NCBI RefSeq assembly: GCF_009914755.1
Contig: NC_060928.1
Origin: the human T2T-CHM13v2.0 reference genome, Homo sapiens
Direction: 5' to 3' (one strand)
DNA length: 64,000 nt
Below the pieces are notes generated by a model that saw only the letters and a program-made list of their open reading frames with translations, did not search any database and was not told where the DNA came from. The position numbers and the translations under genes were made by a program. Below are positions 43,905 to 59,330 of this stretch, piece after piece. The stretch's first letter is position 1. Every line of letters begins with the position of its first letter.

Positions 43905-44509
43905 GAGTCAAGTTTTCTTTTCTTTCTTTCTTTTTTTTTTAATTTATTCACACCTATTTGAATTGATTTCCTGACTCAAAATTTTCATTTATATCAACTA
44001 ATTAACATCAATTAGGAAAAAGAAATCCTAAAGAGAGTAAAATGAACCAATAACTGCCAAGACCCATAAGTTTGAAAATGCTGTGATTTCTAAATATACA
44101 GTTTAAACATATAAGGCAACTTTAGTACTTACATTATTTATTTTTAGTAGGCATTTCTATAAATATTAGCTCTTTTTAATGCACAAGATACAATTTTAAG
44201 CTTTCCTCAGACATACAATGATCATTATGTAAATATAAGGGAGGCTTTCTGCAGCAGGCGCTTAAATTATGAGGAATGAGTTCATTTCGCAACATACAGG
44301 TAGCGCAGAAGGGTACCTACACATCTATACGATAATTAAGATGTTTCTTTCCATTTTCCCAATGGTTGCTACAGACATTTAAGGTAAAATCCATTCTTCT
44401 TGTCTCAGGTTTTCATTTTCATTCATTGAATCACAAATAACATTCTCTGCAGTAGAGAATACTAAACTTATTAATGCCCAAATGTTTGAGACCTTAAAAA
44501 GGAAAAAAA

Positions 44510-44819
<310 letters not shown>

Positions 44820-45119
44820 AAAAAGGAAAAAAAAAAGCAAACTCTGGTAAGCAGATTTTACATGTAAAAGGAATAAATTTACTTGCTACAACTGTAGAAG
44901 CTGCTATTTAGTCAACAAAGATCTTAAGAGTGTCAGCAAATTCAATTGCTATGGGGCCTCTCTCTAGGCCACTGGCTGTTTTAAAAATGGATAAATAATC
45001 TAGAAACTTTATTTTCCCAATTCCCCGGCTTCTAAATTTACGGTATGCAACGAGTAACAATGCAATTTACAGCTTCCTAAACATTTCTTCATTGCTCTTC
45101 GAAACCACTCTAGGGGGTA

Positions 45120-45680
45120 GCTGAGCGCGGAGCACACTTATTTCCATTTGAATGGAGGGGCGGAGGCTAGTGACGCAGGAGTGTACACACAGGTCAGGGT
45201 TAGTCTGCACCACACCAGCACGCCAGACCCCGATGTATCAAATCCGAGGTCAGGCAGTGGTCCTGAAGCTGAGCAAATGTATGTGGAAGCAGGCTCAGGC
45301 CTAGCGGCACTTCGCCTCCTTCACACAGACCCCCGCCGGACACCGCGCCCTGCCGCGACTCACTTAGCAAGTCTCGCGGATTAGGTTTGATCGCATTCGG
45401 CCCTTTCCCGGATAGCTCGTCGCGGATACTTCTCACAGCGAAGCAGCAGCTCCCAGAAGCCGTAAAGCTATCCCAGAGCGAGGCACCATACGTAAATCTT
45501 CCGCGTCGCTACGTGACGTCAGTGCGAGCGACCCCGGGCCGGCTGCGTGGAGCTGGCGCTGCCTCTCCTGAAGCCGAGGCGCTAACTTGAGTGAAGAGGT
45601 CTATAGGCTTTTTCACTTTTGGTTATCTGCTCAGGCGCTCCTTGGGGTCGCGCATGGTCTCGGACAGGGTTTGCAAGGAC
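45120..45680. promoter_or_regulatory. CpG-rich AASDH promoter with full CRE TGACGTCA (45514-45521), overlapping TACGTG and ETS-like CTTCCG (45498-45503)
   Basis: locally high CpG density; motifs read directly from the sequence. Confidence 0.8.
45364..45500 (-). other. AASDH: AASDH non-coding exon 1 (TSS approximate)
   Basis: GTGAGT donor at 45358-45363 inside CpG-rich DNA; 5' end inferred. Confidence 0.8.
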
Positions 45681-48000
45681 TTCGGAGCTAACCAGTTTGG
45701 AGCCATAACCCTTTCGTACTTGCCAAAAAACTCTGGGCAAGACTCTTGAATTTTGAGCCGCAGTATTCTCGTTCATAAGGTGAGAATAAAAACATCACCT
45801 AGGGTTGATGTGAAGAGAGATGAAATCATTGTGAAATAGGAGAGTTATTGCTTTCAACCAATGACATTTTCTGGAAACGTGCTGGAGATATGGCTGCAGC
45901 AGTGACGCCTGCAAACGACGTTCCTGTCATCATGATGCTGACATTTTAATTGGGAAGCAGATTGAAACGATAACTAAGGAATTTGACAGGAGCATTTAGT
46001 AGGACCTGTAAAGAAATTAAAGCAGGTCCGAGGTGGAGTTTTGTAAACTATATGCCTGAATAGAACTTTCTGTTTCCAAGGGAATTGTTACAGTTGGAGA
46101 CATGTCAATTATTACAATAAGCGTCAAGGGCAATAACAGAGGTGTTTTAAAGCTACTGTCTGGTGGCAGAGTAATCGGGATTTTTTTGTTTGGGGGGTTT
46201 TAGCCGGGGGAGGGACTGCGAAGACAGCTCTGCATCAAAACAGTACGTGAGAAAAAAGCATAGGACGCTCTCGCAGCCGTAGTTGTTGGTGACAAGAAAC
46301 TGTGCTTCTAATCTAAGCAAAAAATATCTCCACATGCCAACTATACTTTTCCAAGATGTACCATGGACTACTCAAACTAACACAGCCTTATTTATGTATT
46401 TAGATTGGAAGTGGGCAAAAGTGTATCTTGTCTATGTTTCTATGTTTCTACGTTGGGATGACACCATCATCCACCCAGCCAGACAGTTATCAACCTTCCC
46501 ACTTTCTTAACCTCTTACATCCGATTAGACCCTATGTCCTCTAGTTCTCAGTCTTGAGACCAGCACCCAGCTGGCTACATCAGAATTGCCGGTGGTGATG
46601 TTTTAGAAGATTCCAAATTCCTGGACTCCATCCCCGGAGGTTCATCCCCTAGTTTTCTAGTGAGGGGCCTAGAACCTGCGTTTTTTAAGTGTCATGTTCA
46701 TCGCCATTACTGCTACTTTAGTTCAGGTCTTCTTGGTCAGCTTTTTCCTAAAACGTTTTCAGTTTTGTTTGCCTCTGATTGACTCTGAATTGCTGCCAAA
46801 ATGATGTTTTATTATTCCAGTATCATCATCCAACTCTCTGATATTAATGATACCTTTTTTAAAGTTTTTCTTCCCTTGCAGTATCTATTTCCCTCAAGTT
46901 TCCTTTTTCTTTCTTCTGTTGATTTTGTGCTCTATCTTTCACATTAGAGGCTTTCCTAGGATGTCTGGTGGTCCTTATCTGCTCATATGTAAGTGGGGGT
47001 ATATTTAAAAGTTGATTGGAAGCTGTTGAGCCCATGGGACGTTTGTTGAAAATCAAGTGGGAGAGGAGGGGTATGGAGGCTGCGGTATGTCTCAGAATTT
47101 AGTACAATTTTCACTTAATTCTCTTTGTTTTAGGTGCCTGATGTCCTCCATTACAGAGACCCCGTTTTACTCCTGAGCAATAAAAAAAGGCTTCAGAATA
47201 AGGCGGGGGCCGGGGGTGGCATAAAGGATATAACACTCTCCTAAATGAACTTCCAGTCCTTTTAGGTACCCTCTTCACTTCTACTTCCTGAAGCCAGTTT
47301 CTTAGTTTTTTAGGGGGTTCTGTGATACAAATAGAATTGCTTGTTGGTTTTGCTCACTGGGGGTTTAGAATTCAGGTTTTTCAAGTCAACTGAGCCCTTT
47401 GCTATTGATTCCAGAATTTCATTTCCATTATTCCTTTTCTTTAATCCTTAAGGGTGTATGACTTTAAAAATCCTGTTACTGTCATTTTCAGGGAGTCTTA
47501 GGGAGCAAATGTAGAACACTATGTTTAAGACAGCATTTTTACCTGATAATCCAAGGTGATCATTCTAAAACATATACCAGATCAGTCATAGCATTGTTCT
47601 ATGAGAATAAGAAGCTTCAATGATCCCTCGTTGCCTGCATAACATTCAGACTCTTCAGCAAGGTAAACAAGAGAGTTCATTTTCTTTCCAACCTGATATC
47701 TCACAGCAGGCCACTGCTCCCCCACCCATCTTCCACATTCCCCACACCTGATACTGTAAACTCTAGTCATAATGAAAGGCTAGTAAGAGTTCTGAGAATA
47801 CAAAGTCCTTATCATGTTTCCACACCTGTTTTGGCTGGGCTCAGGCTGAAATACCCTTCTTTCTCCATGCCTGCTTGATGAAAATACAGCTTAAACATCA
47901 CTTCCTCAGTGATGCCTTTCTTCAAGCCCTAAAGAATAATTTATCCAGACTCCTCCAAACTCCATCCCACGAACCCATCATACTCTTGGGAGGGGTCATT

Positions 48001-48418
48001 TGTCATGGGACCTGCAAATTCTGGGTTTGCCAAGAACGTAAGGTCCTAACTGCTCTTTACCTAGATCATTTTTCAGGGTTGTTTGGGATGATCAGTTTCA
48101 TAGCTGAAGTATTCTTCCCAAAGAGTAGGCTTGCTTCCACTTAACTACAAAAGTATGGAATCCCCCAAACTCAGTATTCCTCTCCTATAATGTAACCCAC
48201 TGACTGCATGTGCAGACATCCATGGAGGCCCATCTTCACCATCCTGGTGGGACTTGGGGGACATGGAAAATGCATAAACATGAAGTTCTGGCTTCTGCTT
48301 TTGCCATAAATTACAAAGTTCTTTGTCACCCAGGAATCCAAGTTTACTGCCATAAAACAGTTAACAGGCTATCTTACTAACTTTAAAATAGGTTTCAATA
48401 CCAGACCCTTCCCAGACA
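48001..48418 (+). mobile_element. ERVL-type LTR (MER77-like)
   Basis: TGTCA...CAGACCCTTCCCAGACA termini; GGGACTTGGGGGAC motif. Confidence 0.5.
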
Positions 48419-48894
48419 GCGACATATATTTCTTACAGCATCAGTTGTTACTGTTGCTGCATTATTTCCAAATCTGACCTCCTATACTAAATAGCACCCT
48501 TATAGCAGGGATTCATGTCTTAGGCGCTTGTTTCCCAAACTATTTTTTTTTTAACTCAGCTCCATCCACTTACACTGTTCCAGTTGCAGGGAAATATCAA
48601 ATGCCCACCCTGTACCCTGCTGATATTTTGTACCTTGACTGGCACACTCTACTTATTTTAAGGCTTATCTCTCAGTTGTCAATGTCATTGTTTCCTTAAA
48701 AAGTTCAAAAATAATTTGGAAAATCCTTGACCCTACCTGAAACAAGGTTAGGTCCTCCTGTTATGTGCTGTTGTACCACATATCACAGTTGGGATAATAA
48801 GGCATTGTGTGAGTTACTCTAAGTGTTCAGCTGCTCAGGAGAAGGCAGAGAGCAAATTAGTGGTTGAGTTTTTCAGGCTTGGTGTTTTGACAGG

Positions 48895-49389
<495 letters not shown>

Positions 49390-49416
49390 TCACTGTTTGT
49401 TTTAACAATAACAAGC

Positions 49417-50880
49417 GTGGTAAGGGTGGTGTCAGTCCATACGTTAGATAGGCAGTTGCTAGGCAGATGTCGTTGCAGAAGTATGTGTGTGTGTGTGTGT
49501 GTTGTGTTTAAGGTTGTGGTGGCCTTTGTGCAGGTTGTAAATTTTTGTAGTCTTTTGATAGTTCTTGTTATCAACCATATGTACATGAGAACCCTTCCCC
49601 TTCATGGCGTTTCCTGGCTCCGTTTGCCAGGGTTTTAATACGAGTGACTCCATTTTGAATCTGACAACTTTCACATTTCCCCTTTTGATCAAGGTCTTTC
49701 TCAAAAGCATCACTGATCAATCATCCTGTATTTAGGTTTTGATATCTCTTGGTGCCAGTCTGCCCTCATGTTGAAGGGAGTCACTGGTAACTAGGAATTA
49801 GCATCAAAACCCTTTAGCCACATTTGAACAACAAAAGAGGTTTGGAGGGAGTGGATCTCAGGCTAAGTCTACCTGGAGTCCACTGTTAAGTTCAATTCTG
49901 TCTGTTCCACAGGCACTGTCTATCATCTCAAAGTGCTGGGAGAGCATTATTCTCTTAGGAGTTGCATTTCTATGCAAATTTGACAAGAAACAGGTATAAA
50001 GTTCTTAAAAAAAAAAAAAAGAAAATACAAAGTAACAATCTCAGCATAATAGTTTTCAGCCGTGAACCTAGGCTTAAAGACAACCAGTTGAATAAATCAA
50101 ATGATCATGAAGAATTAGGTGAGACCTATTATACCATGTGGGCTATTTTCTTATTTTGTGTATATAAATTCCCCAAAGGAATGTATCCAGGTACAGCATG
50201 TAGTATGAGCAAAAGCACAGACATCTCTTTGTTTAGCTGGTACACAGCAATCCTATTACTTAGCATTCCATGACTGGCTTGAATTAAAGCAGAGAGAGCT
50301 AACTCTGTTTTAAAAAAGACCATTAGTACAATTTGAACAAAAAGTTTACTGAGGATGTTGCCAGTATTACCCCCTGGGTGGACTAAAGGATTTATGAAGT
50401 CAGATTCTGTCAAGTCACCCACAATATCTACCGATTGTGAAATTATCCTGCCAAATCAAAGAGGTAGGCATAAACAAGGAAGAATTAAGAGGGGCAAGAG
50501 TGTCATTAGGATGGGGAGTTATGTTCCATCATCTTGGGAAAAGCTGCCCACAGTATGGAGATGTTAGCTTTTCATTCTGGTTTACAGTTTTAATGTCTCT
50601 GGTTATAGCATTGGGCAGTTTTGTGAACCTTTGGGCATGAGATTTCTCCCTTAAAATTCAGTTAAGTTTGAGCTTGGGCTTTAAGAACATAGCAAGTCTC
50701 GTTTTTAGTAATTCTATGGAAGAAAGTTGGATTGGAGGAACCTAGAAGAATTAAAGATCCAGTCCAGCGACCAAGGTTTACCTAGTTGCACAGAAATTTT
50801 CTTAACACTGGCAGGTGCCCTACTAGTAATCTTTCTTGTCTGTGACCAGTTTATCCTTAACATGGGAGACTTTTTCTTTG
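49417..50880 (-). mobile_element. ERV1 remnant: 3' LTR (MER31-like, to 49675), polypurine tract and decayed env
   Basis: minus strand AAAAGGGGAAA-TGTGAAAG PPT/LTR junction; CX6CC env motif at 50193-50219. Confidence 0.7.
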
Positions 50881-51361
50881 GATACCTTCAATATTTTCAG
50901 AGTGGTATTTTCAGAGTGGTGCCTTTCACTTAGTTAATATGCATTTATGTTCCTTCTGTCATTTAATGGCTTGATTGCTCATTTCTTTTAAGCACTGAAT
51001 AATATTCTATTGTCTGAATGTACTACAGTTTATCTATTCATTTACCTACCCACCCTGACACTTTGAATCTAATCCTGCTCTTCCATGACACTCCCTCTTT
51101 CCCCATAGTGCTTCCTAGGAACTTGCCACGATGTAGTGCTTACTTAGTACTGCTTTTCTAATTACTTAATTTGTCCCTCATAGTCAACCAGCAGTTTTGC
51201 CTGGTTCATAAGAGATGGCCTATTTATTGAAATGCCTGGATCAGAGAAATAAGATATGACTAGCTGGTGCCAAGAATGGAGCCTGGAAGTTGTCTCCATG
51301 CTGTTTACCATAAAGCACTAACTAAAGTCACTATTTAAAAAAAAAAAAAAAAGGACACACA

Positions 51362-53351
51362 TATTTAAACATACTTATTACACATATTTATCAACAAGGC
51401 ATCACAAATAAGTCACAAAAAGTAGGCTTAGTTTAGTTCACAATATAAATCCCGTGAAAACACATTTTTCATCTCTGCAGTTTATAATACTCTACGTATA
51501 TGAATTTAAAGCAGTTAAACAACATTTGAGATTAAATTGGTAAAAAAAAAATTGTAATTGAATTCAGACTTCAGAAAATTGTGAAGTAAAAGGCCATGAT
51601 GGAGAAATATTAAGAATCTGTAGAATTACTAAACTGTCACAGTATTATTTTCCTTTACAAAAGCATCTCAGTAAAACAAAAACTACAGAAAACGCAAAGT
51701 AAAATCAGAGATTTTGGTTTAGTACTTTCCCTGAGTCTCTTGTTTTAAAAATCAAAGTAAGGCCAGTTCAAAATTGACCCACAGGTCTTGCCTCCTCCAT
51801 GCTGCCATGGGGAGTACATTTAAGACAAGAGGCTACGCATGTTGAGGTGGTCCCAGGGCTTTATTCAAATGCCAATTTGCCCGTGTCACTGCCACAGGGT
51901 TATCTGACCCACTGCTGCATGTGGGCTTAAAGAGCTGTCAAAATTTTATCTTGGCCTGCTATAATATAATATGCGAGACTATATACCAAAGGAAGACAAA
52001 CAGTTTCAGTTATTAATAAATATTAAATTTCTAAATGGATCTGGACACTATATACATCAAATTATGGTAACATAACAGAAACAAACACTTTTATGTTTAA
52101 AAATTCTTACATAAACAAAGGTTTGGGGTCAAGTGATCTTAAACTTCTAATCTCAGATGTTACAAGAAAAAACTTCAAAAAAGAAATCAAATTCATTAGA
52201 TCTTAATATAGTAGAAAAAAGTGATTATAAGATGATACTTGGACTTGGATTGTAAGTTGATACTAATTCCCCAAAGTGGTTGTCTCTTTGATCCTTAAAC
52301 AAAACTGGCCCCTATTGTGTCTGTACTTGATCACTTAATTGCAATAATATTTATGTGTATGTGTACATGTATATGTACATCTACATGTATATATGTTTGC
52401 AAGTGATCAAGCACTTCATTAAAAAAAGCATATGATAATTAATTAAATTAAGGATAAAGGGATTGTTTGAATCTAAAAATTTGGTTTTTATTTCAAATGT
52501 ACCAGGTTACTTGCTGAGCTTATAGTATCAGGGCACTAAATACTATGGATCACATTTTCTAGTCAAATGTAGGAAAAACTTTTTCACAGATTTTTACAAC
52601 CCTTTTTAGGACATCTCAAAGAGAGATGGCAAAGATCTGCCAATTATGTCTCCTTCCATCATAATGAAATCTTAATTAATTGTAAACTAATTTCAAAAAG
52701 TTAACAATCATTAGCTTTCTGAAAGCTAACAATCATGAGTTGTCTTAAAATCAGAAGTGAAATGATGGCTCAAATCACAAAAGTATGACACTTATTCACA
52801 TTCTTATTAATTATTTAATAAGTATCCCATTGCACATGTGGGGAAACTGAGGCACCAGATTTTTTTTTTTTTTTAAAGATTTGTCTACAGTTAGACAGGG
52901 AAGCCAAGGTCATAACTACAGCCAGAACTGTAGAGGCTAGACACCTATGAGGTATAATGTATTCTATTCAAACTTTGTGTGAAATGGTATATTTAACTCA
53001 CCTGTCTTGTTGGCATCACCTCTCCTTAACCCTAACTTCTTGCAAACCCTTTAAAGCATGGACTTGGGAAATGTCAGTGACCACCTGCCTTCTCTGACCA
53101 GGTTAAAAAGGCTAGCCAATGCTTGTGTAAAAAAAAGAACACCACATATTGTTGTATTATATGCAATTGGAAATGTTCAGTTATCGCACTTTGGTATCCT
53201 TTTCAGAAAAAAAAAAAATCTCAAAACTTATAAACATAAGCATGGCATTTTACATTGTACCAACTGAGTAACAGTAAATAGATGAGGTGTGACCACTATA
53301 ACTTCTTGACCAACTTTCTATCTTGAAACTACACACATCCAACCCTACCAG
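51362..53351 (-). other. PPAT: PPAT 3'UTR (~2 kb; end approximate)
   Basis: repeat-poor AU-rich sequence after the stop; GATAAA at 51387-51392 followed by a GU/U-rich element at 51336-51360; AATAAA also at 51860-51865 and 52487-52492. Confidence 0.7.
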
Positions 53352-53548
53352 CTACCATTCTAATTCTACAGGATATTTTCCAGTGAGACAAGCTGTACAA
53401 TGACCACTCTTTTCAAAACATTCCAGACCATTTCCATTTTCTTGGATCATAATATCGTGCTTTTTCTCTTTCTGTTTTTTAAACTTTATCCCTTCTTGTA
53501 CAGATGAAACCAGTCCTTCTACTGACAGATACACAACACTGTTTGCTC
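53352..53548 (-). CDS. PPAT: PPAT last exon (ANSVVYLS...[16 protein letters not shown]), CxxC Fe-S ligands
   Basis: ORF 53352..53612; TAG stop; phase 1 acceptor. Confidence 0.96.
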
Positions 53549-54618
53549 CTAAAGAAAGAGGGAAAAATAAAAATGTAATAAGAATTCCTTTAGAAAGGAA
53601 GAAACGCGTCAACAGAGAATAGTTACAAACAGAATAATTTAAGCTAGGATAAATTTCTCCTTTAGCCTTTCTTTAAAAAAAAAAAAAAGGAAAAAAAATC
53701 AATAAAACTCAGTTCCTTTATTTTTAAAAATTTTAATTGGAATCTAGGGGATAACATAATTTAAAACAGCAGAGGAGGCTTCAAGTCTAGAATGGAATTA
53801 GAGGGCTTTGGGAGTAATTTTCTTAATTGAAAAAATGGAATTTAAAGTCAGGAAGATCTAGGCTCAAAGTTAAGCTCAAGTTCACTCAGTTTTCCTAAGT
53901 CTATTTTTTCATCTATATAAGATGGTGGAAACATTGCCTAAATGTAGAGTTTTTATGATAATATAGATAATATAGGCAGCATAGTTTCTGGCAAAGTGTG
54001 AGTGCTTATAACATGTATGACACCCATCAGGGTGATATTTAAAAATATTTAACCAGTGAGGCATATGCATGACAGGTTAAAAGAAACACCAGCCACAAAC
54101 AGATGGTGTGGAGGTACCAAGGCACAATGACTAAATATCATGTGTTATTTCCACAGTTTATACATCACCTGATTTTGAAAGGAAGATGTCTTACCCAGGA
54201 TAACTTAGATCTCGAAGTCTCCTTATCTCATTATTGAATATGAACCTACACAAACTTTTTACCTTGTGATTTGTATCCACATCCAAATTACTCTGTTAGA
54301 ATCTGATTAAATTATTTTTGTTTTTCTTGGGATCTGACTTTTGGGAGGCTTTAAGTGATTATGATTGCACTTCCCTCCACCTGGAAACCACCTCTTCCTT
54401 CTCTGATCTCACCTTGGCTTAGCTCTCCAACACAAGACTCTGTGGTGTCTGCCCATGCCCACTACTCTCACTGTTGAGAATAGTATTCAATATCTGTTTA
54501 ACATATATAACTACTTTTAACAAACACTGAATACTCCTTTTTACTAAAGGTGTAAAGACTGTCAAGCTTTGGATTTTCTCTGTTAATAATCAAAGTTTAT
54601 AGAAATTTTAATACTTAC

Positions 54619-54739
54619 CTAGATATTCTGCAAGGTGATCAAATTCTGGTTTATTGGCAATGAGCTCTTCTTTTGTAGGAATGTTTATTCCCATGAAGCA
54701 TGGATATTTAATTGGTGGTGAAGCTACTCGAATGTGTAC
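54619..54739 (-). CDS. PPAT: PPAT exon 10 ([28 protein letters not shown])
   Basis: manual translation; 121 nt, phase 0/1. Confidence 0.95.
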
Positions 54740-55758
54740 CTTGGAAAGAAATCATTGCACACAAGGTTTTTAAGACTATGCAAAATTCTTTCATTGTGCA
54801 AATACAATACAAAATTGTTTTGCAGAATATTCAGTAACAACATATGGGTAATAAATTATTCTTTCTACAAAGCTGCTTCTTGGTTTTTTTTTTCTTTCAC
54901 CTAATCATGAGGAAGTTTCTTTGTCTAGATATCCTACTTCTCATTTGATGTCTTTACATTCCTAGAGCCACTTTTCTCTTGTAATACCAGGTACTTCTGC
55001 TTATCCCTTATCTTACCATTTTAAAAAGAAAAATACAATTTACCAGGTTATAACAAAAACCTTACTACTACAACAGAGTTGTTTTTGTCTGTTATTGTTT
55101 TTTTTGCCTTTCATCAGGTACGTTTACATGGCTATACTCAGTGTCCACATTTCCTTTTTAAACTTTATTAGAATAGATTTTCCCATTTTTGCTACGCAGT
55201 CTTCTTAGTATTTAATGGCTGCATCATATTTCATCACACTGATATATCAATTTACTAAATTATATTCACCAACAGGGAGATATGCCATTTCCAGGTTCTT
55301 TGACTTTATTCTTTTTCACTATTGCAATAAATGATGAAATTATGTTAAACTCTTGTATCTATTACATAATTTCCACAGAATTCCAGAGTAAGATGATCAT
55401 AATCCTAAACACAGGTATAAAAAAGGCTGGAAAATCATAATCCCAATTATCTTGGAAACTTTCTAAATAAACTGGCATGCTGCTTTTCATCCCACTTTCT
55501 TCTACAGTGAGATTTTATTTTTGATTTTTCAGAGATGGGGTATATGTTGCCCAGGCTGAGACTTTATTTTTAAATTTACATAACTATTAGTTGTAAATGG
55601 CATCTCACTTCTGTAGTATGAGCTACTGAAATAGAATAAGCTTTGAAATCTTAAAATAACTTAATATATCTATATAAAAACATGTACACAATAAATATAT
55701 ACATTTGTCAATTTAAAAAATAAAAATTAAAAAAAATTTTTTTTCAAGACATAAAGTG

Positions 55759-56952
<1,194 letters not shown>

Positions 56953-57179
56953 TTAAGCTTTTATATTGAGCTTTTTTAATCTATTAAGGATTACATTTAA
57001 TGTAAGTGTGGCTGTGACATGTTCTTCAAGTTGCTACACAGTTATTCCTAAACCAAACTGATAAAAAAAGTTAATTTATTATATTGAACATCCATTTTGA
57101 TTCACTACCCTGAATTGCAATTTTATGCCAGTATCTTATTGTTAACTTATGCTTTAGGATATGTTTTAATATTACTTAC

Positions 57180-57401
57180 CTCTTTTGCACCAGATTCTTT
57201 GAGCAGTTTTATTATAGGTGAGATGGTATTGCCTCTGACAATTGAATCATCTACAAGAACAATTCTTTTGCCTTTAAAGTTGTCTGACAATACTCCAAAT
57301 TTTTTTGCAACACCAAGTTGTCTTAACCTCATGTTTGGCTGAATGAAGGTTCTCCCTACATACCGGTTTTTACACAGCACCTCCACATATGGAAGTCCAC
57401 A
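57180..57401 (-). CDS. PPAT: PPAT exon 9 with PRPP-binding motif [12 protein letters not shown]
   Basis: ORF 57147..57503; 222 nt, phase 0/0. Confidence 0.97.
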
Positions 57402-58074
57402 CTGATAGAGAAGAAATGAAAGGATAATGAGGAGTAATATACAGAATAGGCAAATATTTTCTCTAGGTTGTGTTGCCGCCACAATATTCAAGTAAAATTT
57501 CAAAATAATTTTCCTTTATTATTTGGAAAAAAGGCAAAAAGAAAAACCACTAAACAAAATATACTTGGTGGAAAAACCAATTCATTTTGTGAGGACTCAT
57601 AATGTTTTTGTCTTAAACATTATTCCTCTGTTTTGAAAGATAACAGTAAGCATATGAAGACATGACAAAGATTAAATCACTGTCAGAAAAATTCATTATC
57701 AAAATGATAATTTTTAAAGAAATGAATTAAAATAAATAAATAAAAACCAGTAGACCAATGAGATACTTTTTAGGGATAGGAAGTAATTAACCCATTTATC
57801 AAGGTAATCTTTTCTAAAATGTATGCATATTAATTCTTTTAGAAGTTAATAAAGTATCCAAGGTAGTGAATATTGGATGTTATACCCCAGGATTACTACA
57901 GTTACACCATCTACCTGGTTATGAAAATAAAGCGTAACACTGACAACATCATGCTAAATGAACATAAACAGCTTTATTATTACCCATACTTAGTAGCAAG
58001 CAAATATTCCAGTGACTTGTGAAGATAATTCAAGACGTTTATTTTAATATTAAGTAAATTTTTCCACTGAATAT

Positions 58075-58508
58075 ATAGTTGATGAACACCATGGGTTTGA
58101 AGTACATGAGTCTACTTATAGGTGGGTTTTCTTCCATCTCTGCCACCCCTGGGACAGCAAGTCCAGCCCCTTTTCCTCTTCCCTCCTCAGCCTACTCAAC
58201 GTGAAGACAACAATGAGGATGAAGACCTTTATGAAGATCCACTTTCACATAAGGAATAGTAAATATATTTTCTCCTCCTTATGATTTTCTTCAAAGCATT
58301 TACTTTTCTCTAGCTTACGTTATTGCAAGAATACAGCATATAATACATATACAAAATATGTTAATCAACTGTTTATGTTATTGGTCAGGCTTCCAGTCAA
58401 CAGTAGGTTATCAGTATTTAAGTTTGGGGGCATTAAAATGCATACACAGATTTGACTGTGCAGAGGGTTGGCACCTTTAACTCCCAAATTGTTCAAGGGT
58501 CAACTGTA
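58075..58508. mobile_element. Tigger3/MER7-type DNA transposon MITE
   Basis: terminal TTGTTCAAGGGTCAACTG-TA; CAGCCTACTCAACGTGAAGAC. Confidence 0.7.
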
Positions 58509-58784
58509 TATTCATGATGTTATCTTTTTAAAAAGAAGGGTGCCAATTTCTGAACGCTTTAGTGAACGTTTTTTTCTTTTCAGTGAACCTTTTAGTGGTT
58601 TTCACTAAAATAGTGCCATTGGATAAAAAGCCTGGAAAATAAAAAACGCTTGTAAACAAACCAACATTAACCACCAAAGCTTCCTTTCTCCTTAGAAATG
58701 TTGATGAGTTTCTCTTTATAGGCAAGGGTTTCTTATTCCACAGCTGGGAGAGCAATTCACTGCATGTTAATTAAGAGAAAATAC

Positions 58785-58912
58785 CTTTCCTGCGTAAGCA
58801 AGAGCAGCAGGCGTAGCAGATTCTGGAACAGTGCTAACCAAATCTGCATCCACAGGTGCTTCAATCGCTAGCTGCTGGCCACAACGGTATCTTACTGTAT
58901 AAACCATTTGGT
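58785..58912 (-). CDS. PPAT: PPAT exon 8 ([11 protein letters not shown]...[15 protein letters not shown])
   Basis: ORF 58767..58955; 128 nt, phase 1/0. Confidence 0.95.
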
Positions 58913-59330
58913 CTGGTGTGTTTGGAAAAGGAGAGAGAGTATTTTTACTTAGCATGATATAACAGTGTTATTCTAAAAAACTAGTGCTAGAATTCTACAG
59001 ATTGAGTATAAAAAGAAATGCAATATATACAAAAATATGAATGTGAAAATACACAAACTGGGGAACTCAACTGTGTGGTTTTAAAAAAAAAATCGACCTT
59101 CATATAGATCTAGAAAATCATAATCCTTACTCCTAACAAAAAACAAAATCCAAGAGTCAAAAGGAAGTGAAAAATAGTGATCTTATGACTTGTGGGCTCA
59201 GTCCTATATCCACAACATATAACTATATGCCTTCAAAGAGTCAGGTAAGCCTTTGAGGCAAGAATTGCCATGTTTCAAGGAGATAGCTAAAACATTTATA
59301 TGAATGTTCAAAGAAAAGAAATCTACTTAC

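Noticed and set aside
45148-45776. Overlapping ORFs at the promoter
   Set aside because: Near-cognate starts in GC-rich DNA; no recognisable homology
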